Shown: positions 1 to 9,489 of the stretch, piece after piece | Position numbering within the stretch: position 1 is the stretch's first letter | How the letters are laid out: each line of letters starts with the position of its first letter | Assembly: GCA_000993205.1 (NCBI GenBank) | Contig: LBVU01000003.1 | Span: forward strand, 21,820 to 85,819 | Length of the DNA stretch: 64,000 nt | Direction of reading: 5' to 3' | Source of the DNA: Candidatus Woesebacteria bacterium GW2011_GWB1_39_10 | Lineage (GTDB): Bacteria > Patescibacteriota > Microgenomatia > UBA8517 | Position numbers and translations under genes: made by a program | Notes under the pieces: model-generated | The model's database searches: none | Told to the model about the DNA's origin: nothing | What the model saw: the letters and a program-made list of their open reading frames with translations, nothing else

Positions 1-39
1 GGGGTCTTTATGGAGAATTTCCCATTTTTTGCTTATCAT
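1..39 (-). CDS. N-terminus of a gene running off the window edge (MISKKWEILHKDP...), possibly RecJ
   Basis: ATG at 39 on the minus strand, open to the edge. KKWEIL resembles RecJ N-termini, but only 13 codons are visible. Confidence 0.3.
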   Translation of the reverse strand, partial: MISKKWEILHKDP

Positions 40-87
40 AATATCTTAGTATCCTAATATCTTAGTATCTTCTATAATGATAGCAAG

Positions 88-1494
88 ATGAAAATAGATT
101 TGCCCGAATCGGTATTAGAAATATTAGACAAATTTGATGGATTTGGTTACGAAATCTATATCGTTGGTGGCGCTGTCCGCGATTTATTAATGGGGAGACT
201 TGTAAACGACTGGGATTTCGCAACTAATGCAACACCCGAACAAATTTTAAAGGTAATTCCCGAGGGTTTTTATGATAATCAGTTCGGAACTGTTGGACTT
301 ACAGTCGAGGATTACAAAAAACCTTTTGAAATTACGACTTATAGAACCGAGGAGGGTTATTCGGATGCAAGACACCCAGACAAAATATCTTGGGGAAAAA
401 CTTTAGAAGAAGACTTATCAAGGCGTGATTTTACGATCAATGCAATGGCGCTTGGCGCAGTACAAAGTACAAAGCACAAAGCACAGAGCGAAAAAACTAA
501 GTACTCTGTACTGGGTACTGTGTACTTAATCGATCCGTTTAATGGGCAATCTGATATCGACAAGGGAATTATAAAGGCCGTAGGTAATGCCGACGACCGC
601 TTCTCTGAAGATGCTCTGAGAATGATGAGGGTAATCAGAATCGCTGGAGAACTTGGTTTTAACATTCAAGGTGACACCTTTGACGCTATCAAAAAGAATG
701 CTCCGTTAATTAATAAAATTGCCAAGGAAAGAGTCAAAGAAGAACTTTTCAAACTAATCTCTTCCCCTAACCCGTATGATGGGATTCTTCTTTTTAGAAA
801 TTCGGGACTTATGCAGGAAATTCTACCGGAACTTGAAAAATGCTTTGGGGTAGAACAAAAATCCCCCGGTAGGCACCATATTTACGACGTCGGAACCCAT
901 TTACTGATGGCGCTCAAATTTTGCAAAAGCGAAGATACAGTCACCAGATTCGCCACACTAATTCATGACATTGGAAAGCCCCAAACATACAGGAAATTAG
1001 AAAACGGAACTATAACTTTCTATAACCATGAAATGGTTTCTACTAAAATTGCTGAGAGTATTGCCGACAGACTCAGATTTTCAAAAAAAGAAAAGGATAA
1101 GTTAATTATCCTAGTCCGCTGGCACCAATTTACAGTCGACGAACACCAAACAGATTCAGCAATCAGGAGAGTGCTTAGAAATGTGGGTCTGGAAAATATG
1201 GACGATATGTTGGCCCTAAGGGTCGCAGACCGGCTTGGTGGTGGTGCCCGCGAAACAAGTTGGAGATTGGAAGAGTTTAAGGCGCGTTTGATTGAAGTTC
1301 AAAAACAACCGTTCTCGATCAAAGACTTAAAGATAGACGGGAACGATGTAATGAAAGTCCTTCGACTGCGCTCAGGACCTGAGGTTGGAAAAATTTTGAG
1401 TGATCTTTTTGAAAAAGTTGTGAATAAAGAAATTGAGAACAATAAGGAAAATCTAACATCAGAGCTCAAAAAGTTTAATGATCTAGATCAATAA
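88..1494 (+). CDS. cca: CCA tRNA nucleotidyltransferase with HD domain
   Basis: GGAVRD, DWD, RRDFTINAMA, EDALRMMR and HDIGK motifs. Confidence 0.93.
   Translation: MKIDLPESVLEILDKFDGFGYEIYIVGGAVRDLLMGRLVNDWDFATNATPEQILKVIPEGFYDNQFGTVGLTVEDYKKPFEITTYRTEEGYSDARHPDKISWGKTLEEDLSRRDFTINAMALGAVQSTKHKAQSEKTKYSVLGTVYLIDPFNGQSDIDKGIIKAVGNADDRFSEDALRMMRVIRIAGELGFNIQGDTFDAIKKNAPLINKIAKERVKEELFKLISSPNPYDGILLFRNSGLMQEILPELEKCFGVEQKSPGRHHIYDVGTHLLMALKFCKSEDTVTRFATLIHDIGKPQTYRKLENGTITFYNHEMVSTKIAESIADRLRFSKKEKDKLIILVRWHQFTVDEHQTDSAIRRVLRNVGLENMDDMLALRVADRLGGGARETSWRLEEFKARLIEVQKQPFSIKDLKIDGNDVMKVLRLRSGPEVGKILSDLFEKVVNKEIENNKENLTSELKKFNDLDQ
459..526. repeat. Degenerate heptamer tandem repeat in inverted arrangement, in-frame in cca
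   Basis: agtacaa agtacaa agcacaa agcacag ... actctgt actgggt actgtgt act; encodes VQSTKHKAQSEKTKYSVLGTVY between INAMA and LIDPF. Confidence 0.8.
1357..1378. repeat. Family A palindrome (CCTTCGACTxCGCTCAGGA) within cca
   Basis: gtccttcgactgcgctcaggac; near-identical to the copies at 1965 and 22716. Confidence 0.8.
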
Positions 1495-1534
1495 AGTAAA
1501 TTAAGGGAAGTTAGAGGATTTTAGATAAATAAAT

Positions 1535-2116
1535 TTATTTATTGCAATTTTTCCATAGCCCTAAATCATTCTCCCTTGCATATTTTTCTGACTCCAAAAA
1601 CATTTTTTGATATTTAACATCGGGAGGATATGTTGAGACGCTGGCAAAACCCTCACGGAGCATCTCGTCATTAACAAGTACACCTCCGAGGTGTACGTAA
1701 CGAAGAAGACGGCCATATTTGTCTGTTTCTGAAATATCTTTTTCTAATTCAACTGTTTGACCCAAAACTAATTTTTCATTCTCCGCTTTTGCCTCTTCAG
1801 AATAGCACAACACTGTTGGGTACACCTCGGGGGTGTCTATACCTGCATATCTAACTTTTTGACCGCCTTCGATTTGAATTGTGTCACCGTCGTATACGCG
1901 AGTAACTTTTGCGATTGTAAAGACTGACGGAATTGGGGTAATTAGGGAGATTGGGGAGGTTTGTCCTTCGACTTCGCTCAGGATCTTTGAGGGATTTGGG
2001 GAAACTTGGAAAATTGGAGAAATTTGGCTAATTTGTTTATTCTGAAAATAACTAAAAATATAGCCAACTAAAGTTAGTGCTATTCCTAAAAGGAAAAATA
2101 ACTTTTTTCTACTCAT
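1535..2116 (-). CDS. Membrane-anchored thermonuclease (SNase family)
   Basis: N-terminal TM helix after MSRKK; DGDT, RYAGIDTPE and DKYGRLLRY motifs. Start moved to 2116 because the longer ORF overlaps secF. Confidence 0.9.
   Translation of the reverse strand: MSRKKLFFLLGIALTLVGYIFSYFQNKQISQISPIFQVSPNPSKILSEVEGQTSPISLITPIPSVFTIAKVTRVYDGDTIQIEGGQKVRYAGIDTPEVYPTVLCYSEEAKAENEKLVLGQTVELEKDISETDKYGRLLRYVHLGGVLVNDEMLREGFASVSTYPPDVKYQKMFLESEKYARENDLGLWKNCNK
1932..2030. repeat. 9-bp purine-rich repeats surrounding a family A palindrome (1965-1988), inside the thermonuclease linker
   Basis: attggggta attagggag attggggag ... CCTTCGACTTCGCTCAGGATCTTT ... gagggatttggggaaacttggaaaattggagaaa. Confidence 0.8.
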
Positions 2117-2151
2117 TGGTTTCACTTCAATACTATATAGTATTGAAGTAT

Positions 2152-2970
2152 TTAGGCACGATTTTTTAATTTTTTTTGAATTTCGTCCCAAGTAACAAGT
2201 ATTGGAACCGCAACGAAGGGAGAAGAATAGGTGCCTGAAATTGTTCCTATTAAAAGAGCTGATGCGAACCATTTTGTAGTTTCACCACCAAGAAGAATTA
2301 AAGCTGCCAGCATAAAAATAATTGTAAAAGAGTTGTTAATTGACCTAACCATCGTTTCAGATAAAGCCATGTTTGCGAGGGTTTTGAGATCTTCGTCGGA
2401 CTTTTTTTGCAATTCTCTGATTCTATCGTAAACGACAATTGTATCGTGAACCGAAAATGAAATTATCGTAAGGAGTGCGGTGACAAAAAGAAAATCAATT
2501 TCGGCTCCAAAAAAGTGGCCCAAGATTGAATACATTCCAATTACAACAATTGCATCATGTAGTGTTGCCACAGTAGCCGAAATTCCGAATTTTATACTTT
2601 TAAATTGATATGCGATCCAAAGAAGAATCAACGAAGTGGAAATTGCCAGACCGTAAATTGTTTTTTTAACCAATTCGGGTCCGATTGTCGGGCCGACTGT
2701 TTCTAACCGTTCTTCCGTTGCACCTTGGGCTTTATAATCAGATCTGATTTTTTCTATTTGCACGTCTCCCAATTGTCCGTATCTTTCGACCTTCTTTTCT
2801 CCGTTTTGCAACCTGTATTCGATAAGTGTCCCTCCTTTAAAATCGATCCCGATTTTTAATCCCCACTTTAAAATACTAAGTATTCCGACAATGATAACAA
2901 TTGTCGATATAGATAAAAATAAAGGTCTGTATTTCATCCAATTCACAATATTTATCGACACTAATGACAC
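2152..2970 (-). CDS. secF: Protein translocase subunit SecF
   Basis: GIDFKGG, HD, SVHDTIVVYDRIRE and GTYSS motifs; adjacent to secD. Confidence 0.95.
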   Translation of the reverse strand: MSLVSINIVNWMKYRPLFLSISTIVIIVGILSILKWGLKIGIDFKGGTLIEYRLQNGEKKVERYGQLGDVQIEKIRSDYKAQGATEERLETVGPTIGPELVKKTIYGLAISTSLILLWIAYQFKSIKFGISATVATLHDAIVVIGMYSILGHFFGAEIDFLFVTALLTIISFSVHDTIVVYDRIRELQKKSDEDLKTLANMALSETMVRSINNSFTIIFMLAALILLGGETTKWFASALLIGTISGTYSSPFVAVPILVTWDEIQKKLKNRA

Positions 2971-3036
2971 GAATTAGCTACAACACGAATGTCACAAATA
3001 TTCGTATCATTCGTGTGCAATTCGTATATTTGTGTC
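2958..3036. repeat. Degenerate ~9-bp ACGAAT/ATTCGT inverted tandem repeat at the secD-secF junction
   Basis: acactaatg acacgaatt ... acacgaatg tcacaaat followed by attcgtatc attcgtgtg caattcgtat atttgtg. Confidence 0.65.
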
Positions 3037-4326
3037 GCTCCTCCTTTCTTTTATAAATACCCTTAACAAATTTCTCGAAACAAATATTCCCGTAAATAAG
3101 CTTATCGCGATTCCGAGTGCAAGTGTTATTGCAAATCCCCGAACAGGACCCGAGGAAGGTAGAATTGACCAGTCCAGAGGGTTCCAAAGAATAAAACAAG
3201 TGACGAGGGTTGCAATGTTGGCATCACGTATTGAGTCCCAAGCACGCCCGAAAGAGGTTTCGAGGGCATTAGGAATTGACCTTATCAATTTTTCTTCTTT
3301 AAATCTTTCAAATATCAGAATGTTGCTATCCACTGCCATTCCGATTGAAAGCATAAATCCGGCTATACCCGGAAGAGTTAAGGTGACCGGGATCAGTTTA
3401 TATAAAGATAGGGTAATGACTCCAAAAATAAACAGTCCAATATCTGCAACGAGTCCAAGTTTACCGTAAGACAAGATCATAAAAATCATGACTGACAATA
3501 TTCCCACTAAACCGGCCAAAACACTTTGTCTAATTGATTCTGTTCCCAATGTTGCTCCAACCGTCGTTTCTTGAACCAATTTTACCGGAACCGGAAGCGC
3601 GCCGGCATTTAGTTGTATTGATAATTTCTTGGCCTCATCAATTGAAAAGTTTCCGGATATTTGAGCGTTACCGCCAATAATTTTCTCGGAAACAACGGGC
3701 TGTGACAGTAAGGTATTGTCCAAGACGATTAATACCGGCTTACCCACATTTCTACCCGTGATATCTTCAAATTTCTTGCCTCCTTCATCTGTAAACTGCA
3801 AGGAAATAGCCGGTTTGCCTGTTTGACTATCAAACTGAACTGAAGCGTTTTTAAGGTCCGCTCCGGTTAAATTGGTAGAAACAAGAGTTGCAGAAGGAGA
3901 CGCTCCCTTTGTAGCCGGAATAATTTTTTCTTCCATAAATATCAATTGCGCCGTCTGGCCAATGAGATTTATCGCGTCTTTTGTACTATCCAAACCCGGG
4001 AGTTCAATAATTATTCTATTTTTTCCCTGGAACTCGGAGGTTTGAACCGTTGGTTCTGAAACTCCGAAAAGGTTTACTCTTCTTTCTATAACATTTCTGA
4101 CACCCTCAAGGGCGGATTGACGACGGTCTGTCGGGATATTGGTTGTGTCTGCTTCAAAAACCAATCGACTTCCCCCTGCCAGATCAAGCCCTAATCGGAG
4201 ATCGAATTTATGAGACAACGAAAAATTGCCTATTTTTATATTTAAATCGGGAGGCAAACTTATGTAAGTTGCAGCTACTGTTAAGATAAATGTGAAGCTA
4301 ATTAACCAAATCTTCTTCATCGCCAA
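3007..4326 (-). CDS. secD: Protein translocase subunit SecD (short form)
   Basis: LGLDLAGG, GVSEP, LNAGALP and GMAVDSNILIFERFKEE motifs. Confidence 0.95.
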   Translation of the reverse strand: MAMKKIWLISFTFILTVAATYISLPPDLNIKIGNFSLSHKFDLRLGLDLAGGSRLVFEADTTNIPTDRRQSALEGVRNVIERRVNLFGVSEPTVQTSEFQGKNRIIIELPGLDSTKDAINLIGQTAQLIFMEEKIIPATKGASPSATLVSTNLTGADLKNASVQFDSQTGKPAISLQFTDEGGKKFEDITGRNVGKPVLIVLDNTLLSQPVVSEKIIGGNAQISGNFSIDEAKKLSIQLNAGALPVPVKLVQETTVGATLGTESIRQSVLAGLVGILSVMIFMILSYGKLGLVADIGLFIFGVITLSLYKLIPVTLTLPGIAGFMLSIGMAVDSNILIFERFKEEKLIRSIPNALETSFGRAWDSIRDANIATLVTCFILWNPLDWSILPSSGPVRGFAITLALGIAISLFTGIFVSRNLLRVFIKERRSDTNIRIAHE

Positions 4327-4882
4327 TAATCATAACACGGGAGCCTCCCAAAATCCCACCCAAGAACGGGTCACGTCTTTTTTTTCTAAAGTCAAATTCT
4401 TCCCTGCTCATTACGGTGTAGTTAATTTCCTTACCCCGTTTACTTTCCTCAACCCGAATTATGGAAGCGAGTTCCGGAAGAACAACATCTCCAACAACTA
4501 ATATGTCAACATCTTCATCCCGTTTTCTGTCTTTAATCCGAACAAATTTACCAGAAAACATAATAAAAGAAGCTTTGCCGATTTTGTTTTTGTTCTCAAT
4601 TAATGCTTTACCCAAACCTGTAGTTTTGGCAACTATCGATATCAGATCGCCATAAAACGGATGGCCAGAACGGGTAAAATAATAAATTCTATTGCCTCTA
4701 GGTTCTTTCTCTAAAATTCCATCCTTCTCAAGTTTTGTAAGTTCGCGCCTTACCGCATTAATTTCCTCATCTGTCTCGCGCACAATTCCACGAACATGAT
4801 AAAGTTCCTTTAAGTTGGAGAAGAAAAGCTCCAAAATTTTAATCCTGACTTTTGAAGTAATAATGTCACCAAAATTAGCCAT
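4298..4882 (-). CDS. Winged-HTH protein fused to a degenerate nucleotidyltransferase-like domain
   Basis: N-terminal HTH (HVRGIVRETDEEINAVRRELTKL) and DVDILVVG motif. Confidence 0.7.
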   Translation of the reverse strand: MANFGDIITSKVRIKILELFFSNLKELYHVRGIVRETDEEINAVRRELTKLEKDGILEKEPRGNRIYYFTRSGHPFYGDLISIVAKTTGLGKALIENKNKIGKASFIMFSGKFVRIKDRKRDEDVDILVVGDVVLPELASIIRVEESKRGKEINYTVMSREEFDFRKKRRDPFLGGILGGSRVMIIGDEEDLVN

Positions 4883-4900
4883 TGGTTTTATCCGGGCAGG

Positions 4901-6142
4901 TTAATATGTGACAGGATTCCCTGCCGGTAGCACCTCGATCCAAGTGGCACCGCGGACCATCTCAATCTCTTTCCCATTTGTATCATAAAATGCCTCTCTG
5001 TCAAGAGGAGTTGCTTTTCTCCAAGTGCCCGCTATAACTCCTCCATTCTGAAAAACCAAGGCTTTCCCCGTCCCAATGACCTGATAGAACATATGATGTT
5101 CTGTATCGAGCGGTCCGGTTTCCTTTACGAATATTACGACTACATTGCTCGCCGAGAGCTGGGGCTTATCAAACTCCCAATCAATATGTTCTTTTCCGCC
5201 ATTGAAGCGCTTGTAAGAGTTCGGTGCCTGATCATATTTCCATTCGACGTCATAACCAGACATACTTTCCCAAAAGTTAAACTTTAAATTTGTCACAGGC
5301 GAAGAAGTTGTCGTTTTTCCATCCTGGAAAAGCCATTTTCTAAATCCCTGGGTCCAGGCAACTCCGCTATCGTCTTTATAATTAAAACCGCGTTTTTGAG
5401 CATCCTGCCAAATCAAATCAAGATTTGCTACAACGGCGTGCTCCCAAGCCGACGGAGTACTACCCAAACGATATTGGTCACGCACCACAAGAGGAAAACC
5501 AATGTTATACCCGCCATCCAAATTATTGCCTTTCGGTCCACCCTGCCAACCCAACTTATCAAAAAGTGTAAGAGTGTTAACGGTTGGGTCAATTTCACTC
5601 CTCGGCTTTACTCCACCCGGACAAGTTGAACAAATATTGTTTGCTCCGCCCTGATGAAGGAAAAGGGGATTTTTTCCGTAACCGGCCGCCAGATTCATAA
5701 AATAAACCCTGGCACTCCTTAGCGGCGCCGCTTTAACTTCATTGGCTACGGCTCCGCAATAAAAAACGGCTGCAAATCTGGTTATTCCACCCTCCGCCAC
5801 TGCTTCATAAACAACATCCGCACGCGAAAGTCCGGATTCCGGACGGGCATCCTGATGGTTTTCGATCATCTGAACAATGGGTCGGCGTGTGTTCCAAACA
5901 TCTGCCTCCGGTTTAGTATACTTTTGACCATTAATAGGACATTCTTCCGTTTTGGGAAGGTTCAAATTGAATTTTGATTTCTGAGCCACTTTATTTATTA
6001 CGCTTCCGATGTTTTTTGGAGAAATCAAGTAGAAAACAAGTAAGCCAAGTCCCACAGAAATCAAAAAAAGTCCGCTAAAACTTGCAATCATTATGAACCT
6101 CTTGGAACTCAAAATGTTACTAAATTTCTTAAATTTGTACAT
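4901..6142 (-). CDS. DUF3048 (YerB-like) membrane-anchored protein
   Basis: TM helix; MIENH..ARP..GL..ADVVYE..AEGGITR and RSAR motifs. Confidence 0.85.
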   Translation of the reverse strand: MYKFKKFSNILSSKRFIMIASFSGLFLISVGLGLLVFYLISPKNIGSVINKVAQKSKFNLNLPKTEECPINGQKYTKPEADVWNTRRPIVQMIENHQDARPESGLSRADVVYEAVAEGGITRFAAVFYCGAVANEVKAAPLRSARVYFMNLAAGYGKNPLFLHQGGANNICSTCPGGVKPRSEIDPTVNTLTLFDKLGWQGGPKGNNLDGGYNIGFPLVVRDQYRLGSTPSAWEHAVVANLDLIWQDAQKRGFNYKDDSGVAWTQGFRKWLFQDGKTTTSSPVTNLKFNFWESMSGYDVEWKYDQAPNSYKRFNGGKEHIDWEFDKPQLSASNVVVIFVKETGPLDTEHHMFYQVIGTGKALVFQNGGVIAGTWRKATPLDREAFYDTNGKEIEMVRGATWIEVLPAGNPVTY

Positions 6143-6144
6143 AT

Positions 6145-6603
6145 TTATTTACTTTTCTGGGCACCTGTCAGAGCCTTTTTCTCATCGACTGACAATTCAA
6201 AACTACTTTTACCTCTTTTAATGTCCTTCATATAAACCCTTGTTCTATCTCTTGTATGAAGGCTTGTAATTATTATACCCGTATCTTCACCATCTAAAAT
6301 AGCCAAACTAAAACTGTGGTCACCGCCAAGCTCTCTAAACGGATTAAACCTGACGATAAAAACCTTTTGGACATGACGCCTTCCGTCTTCTTCCAAAAAT
6401 GACACTCTCTTAATAATTTTTGCTACATCAATTCCGTTTTCCTCTTCTTTTGAAATTACCTTTTCTAAAACTTTTTTAAGATCGGCCACACCCACACCTT
6501 TTGTTAATCTATTAAAAATAACAAATATTTTATAAAGAATTATGCTTATCCCCAAAAGCCAAACCGCCGTAATTGTTAAAAATAAAAAAACCTGTGTTTC
6601 CAT
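6145..6603 (-). CDS. DUF4446 family protein
   Basis: N-terminal TM helix; RFNPF..GGDHSFSLAILD..G..ITSLH.R motif. Confidence 0.8.
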   Translation of the reverse strand: METQVFLFLTITAVWLLGISIILYKIFVIFNRLTKGVGVADLKKVLEKVISKEEENGIDVAKIIKRVSFLEEDGRRHVQKVFIVRFNPFRELGGDHSFSLAILDGEDTGIIITSLHTRDRTRVYMKDIKRGKSSFELSVDEKKALTGAQKSK

Positions 6604-6797
6604 TTAGATTTGTAAGGGCAAGCAAAGTTGAGTAACAATGGTACTCCGATTGAACTTAATCATTTTTGCATCTTGAAAAGTAAGTGTCAAGGAGATATGC
6701 TCCTCTTACTCGAGTTTGCAACTCTCGCAAGAGATCATATACTCGAAATTTTCGTTTGCAGATGCAAACTCAAGCTTCTTGAGTATAGATTCCAAAT

Positions 6798-7082
6798 ATG
6801 GCAGTTCACCGAACCAGAAAAAACAAAGAGAACCCTCACTACAATTTTTTGTACTCTTGGCAGCCTTCAGAGCCCCATGTCAATAGGGAAACAAGTTTAA
6901 CAGAAAAAACGATCAAGTCCAACCAAGGCTACGCAAAAAGAGCCAATCTTTTGACTAAAGACGACGACTTACCCAGAATCAAAAAGGATATAATTAAGAG
7001 CCTGATCCTGGTTAGCTTCATACTGATCCTGGAAACAGTTGTATACTTAGCCTTGCACCGTGTTCAACGCGGTTTGCCCTAA
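6798..7082 (+). CDS. Hypothetical protein with C-terminal TM helix
   Basis: 94-aa ORF; IKKDIIKSLIL followed by a hydrophobic segment. Confidence 0.65.
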   Translation: MAVHRTRKNKENPHYNFLYSWQPSEPHVNRETSLTEKTIKSNQGYAKRANLLTKDDDLPRIKKDIIKSLILVSFILILETVVYLALHRVQRGLP

Positions 7083-7102
7083 GGACTGGAGGTGAAAAAT
7101 TT

Positions 7103-7240
7103 ATGATGTATTGCGTCAAATGTCGCGCCAAGAGGGAAGGTAAAGATGCTCAAGAGGTTACCATGAAGAATGGAAAGAAAGCCACAAAAGCAGTTTGTGA
7201 AGTTTGCGGCACAACCATGTTCAAGATCGGAGGAAAATAA
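7103..7240 (+). CDS. Small zinc-ribbon protein (DUF5679-like), 45 aa, absent from the ORF track
   Basis: MMYCVKCRAKREGKDAQEVTMKNGKKATKAVCEVCGTTMFKIGGK; two CxxC motifs; strong SD GGAGGTGA upstream. Confidence 0.85.
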   Translation: MMYCVKCRAKREGKDAQEVTMKNGKKATKAVCEVCGTTMFKIGGK

Positions 7241-7264
7241 ACTCTTGATTTGAACTCTTAAAGC

Positions 7265-7300
7265 AAAAGGGCACCCACCTAAGTCGGTAGGGCCCCTTTT
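7265..7300 (+). terminator. Probable intrinsic terminator
   Basis: aaaagggcaccc...agggcccctttt, an imperfect GC stem with A/T tails. Confidence 0.55.
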
Positions 7301-7312
7301 GTGTTCCCTACT

Positions 7313-7918
7313 ATGAATATAGACAAAGTCTTCAGCGTATTTAGAAAGAACTACACAGAAATCCCCCTGGAAGTTTTTGGAAATGACCCTTACAAAACCC
7401 TTGTTTCAACTGTTATGTCTGCAAGAACAAACGACACAACTACCCTAGCCGCTGCAAACAGATTGTTTGCAAAGGCGGGGAACTTTGTCGAATTGGGCGA
7501 ATTAGACCAATTAGAAATTGAACAATTGATATATCCGGTTGGGTTCTATAAAACAAAAGCCAAACATCTTAAAGACCTTGCAGGTTCTCTTCTTACAAGG
7601 TATTCGAGAAAAGTTCCAAAAACGAGGGAAGAATTGATGACGCTCCCTGGTGTTGGCAGAAAAACTGCAAATCTGGTTTTAAATAGGGCCTTTGGAATCC
7701 CTGCAATTGCCGTCGATACACACGTTCATAAAATCAGTAACATGCTCGGTTGGGTCCACACAAGAACTCCGGAACAGACAGAACGCGAATTGGTAAAGAT
7801 ATTACCCAAAAAATATTGGCCGGAAACAAATCGATTATTTGTAAGTATCGGCCGACAGTTTACCTCTAAGAAAAAACTGGAAGAGTTTTTGAAGCATAAT
7901 AAACTTACAAACAAATAG
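7313..7918 (+). CDS. nth: Endonuclease III-like HhH-GPD glycosylase lacking the Fe-S motif
   Basis: SARTND, LPGVGRKTANLV and AVDTHV motifs; no cysteines at the C-terminus. Confidence 0.88.
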   Translation: MNIDKVFSVFRKNYTEIPLEVFGNDPYKTLVSTVMSARTNDTTTLAAANRLFAKAGNFVELGELDQLEIEQLIYPVGFYKTKAKHLKDLAGSLLTRYSRKVPKTREELMTLPGVGRKTANLVLNRAFGIPAIAVDTHVHKISNMLGWVHTRTPEQTERELVKILPKKYWPETNRLFVSIGRQFTSKKKLEEFLKHNKLTNK

Positions 7919-7923
7919 TAAGG

Positions 7924-8385
7924 TCAAGACAGTCTTGAGATTAAATCTTTTAACTCAATTATATCAACAGGGAGAAGAGAGGTCCGCCCACCGAATAGAT
8001 CTTCGCCTACAAAAAATGCCCTATTGGAATCATTAAGATTTGTAGATATTTGATATGAGAGTGCGTTAACACCGCCGATGTTTATCCAGAAACTGGCTCT
8101 TTCTGGATCGACAGAATGTTTTTCGCTCAAACTTGTAGATATTTCAATTGGCACGTTTTCTCCCTTATATTCAACTGTAGTAGAAAACTTTTTGTAATGG
8201 GCCGCTTTACCAGAAAAATCTAATTTTGCAATTGCCCACAAAATTCGATTAAAACCTTTGTCCGATTCAAACTCCCCTTTAGTCGCCAACAAGTCTGCCA
8301 CGGATTTACGAAGCACCGAAAAATCAGAATTATTTCCTTCGACACTTAGATCATCCATTAGACGACCAAGCCTTTCCATTGTCAT
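7924..8385 (-). CDS. Hypothetical protein
   Basis: 153-aa ORF filling the gap; no recognisable motif. Confidence 0.6.
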   Translation of the reverse strand: MTMERLGRLMDDLSVEGNNSDFSVLRKSVADLLATKGEFESDKGFNRILWAIAKLDFSGKAAHYKKFSTTVEYKGENVPIEISTSLSEKHSVDPERASFWINIGGVNALSYQISTNLNDSNRAFFVGEDLFGGRTSLLPVDIIELKDLISRLS

Positions 8386-8416
8386 GAGCCGATAATATTA
8401 CTATAAAGTATCGATG

Positions 8417-9022
8417 TCAATAAGCAGCAATTGCCACTCCAAAGCCACTTTGGGCATAGATGCAACCAAACGAGTATTCCCCACCCGTTAGTAATTTTTT
8501 GTGTCCCAGGGTATTTAGCCAAAGATCCACCGCGTTTTGCGGGGAAGTTGCACCCGATACTAAAAACTCGGATATATCATATTCTTCAAAAATCCATTTT
8601 AAATCGGGCCTGTCGGTTGGCAGTTTAGAAAAACCTTCGTGCCCATCAAGCTTCCCAAGTTCCAAGAGTTGGTTTAGACGGATAGAAGCTATTGTACAAA
8701 GTTCATCTTTTTGTTTTAGGGGGTTAACACCGTGTTCAACTCTGCTTTTATTAACTGCATCCCAAAGTTGAGGGCCTCCCCATAGACTAGAGCGGGTAGT
8801 AGATAGCGGATAGCGAATAGGGGCGTCTGTGGCAGAAGGTTTGGTGGTTGAGGAAACTTTATCTGACAACAATTTTTGATACTCTCCAACTGCGCCGTTC
8901 CAACCGTTGCCATACCCTCTGGCGTATCCGGTCAAAAAAACAGTTAGCATAACAACGAGGAAAGTAAAAACCAAAACAATATTGCTAAAAACTTTGGCAA
9001 TAATTAATGCTATTTTAGTCAT
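8417..9022 (-). CDS. CAP/SCP domain membrane-anchored protein
   Basis: TM helix; VNKSR..HGV.PL, H.GF and WLNTLGHKKLL motifs. Confidence 0.8.
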   Translation of the reverse strand: MTKIALIIAKVFSNIVLVFTFLVVMLTVFLTGYARGYGNGWNGAVGEYQKLLSDKVSSTTKPSATDAPIRYPLSTTRSSLWGGPQLWDAVNKSRVEHGVNPLKQKDELCTIASIRLNQLLELGKLDGHEGFSKLPTDRPDLKWIFEEYDISEFLVSGATSPQNAVDLWLNTLGHKKLLTGGEYSFGCIYAQSGFGVAIAAY

Positions 9023-9455
9023 ATAGAATTGTTACCGGTCCGTCTAATACTGCTTCAATTTGCATATAATCCCCAAAACTACCTGACTCTACTTGGATAT
9101 CTTTTTCCTTAAGCTTAGTCACAAAATATTCATATAATTTTTTAGCTTTTTCAGGTTCCTCAGCATTAATAAACGATGGTCTGTTTCCACCTTTTGTGTC
9201 TGCATAAAGCGTAAATTGAGAAACAACCAACATTTTTCCCCTAACTTCGTTTATCGATTTATTCATTTTATCCGACTCATCACTCATAACCCTTAACTTA
9301 GATAGCTTGTCAGCCAACTTGTGCGCTTCTTCCTCAGTATCCCCTTTTTTAAATCCCACCAAGACAAAAAGACCCAACCCGATCTCCCCAACTGTTTTTT
9401 GATCAGACACGCGAACGACCTTGGCTCTTTTAACTCTTTGCACAATAAGTTTCAT
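9015..9455 (-). CDS. dtd: D-aminoacyl-tRNA deacylase
   Basis: VQRV, VSQFTL and DGPVT motifs. Confidence 0.96.
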   Translation of the reverse strand: MKLIVQRVKRAKVVRVSDQKTVGEIGLGLFVLVGFKKGDTEEEAHKLADKLSKLRVMSDESDKMNKSINEVRGKMLVVSQFTLYADTKGGNRPSFINAEEPEKAKKLYEYFVTKLKEKDIQVESGSFGDYMQIEAVLDGPVTILYD

Positions 9456-9489
9456 ATTGATATTTTATAACAAATTTAACAAATGGGGG

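Noticed and set aside
2117-2272. N-terminal extension of the first thermonuclease
   Set aside because: Overlaps secF; the basic-plus-TM signal begins at 2116.
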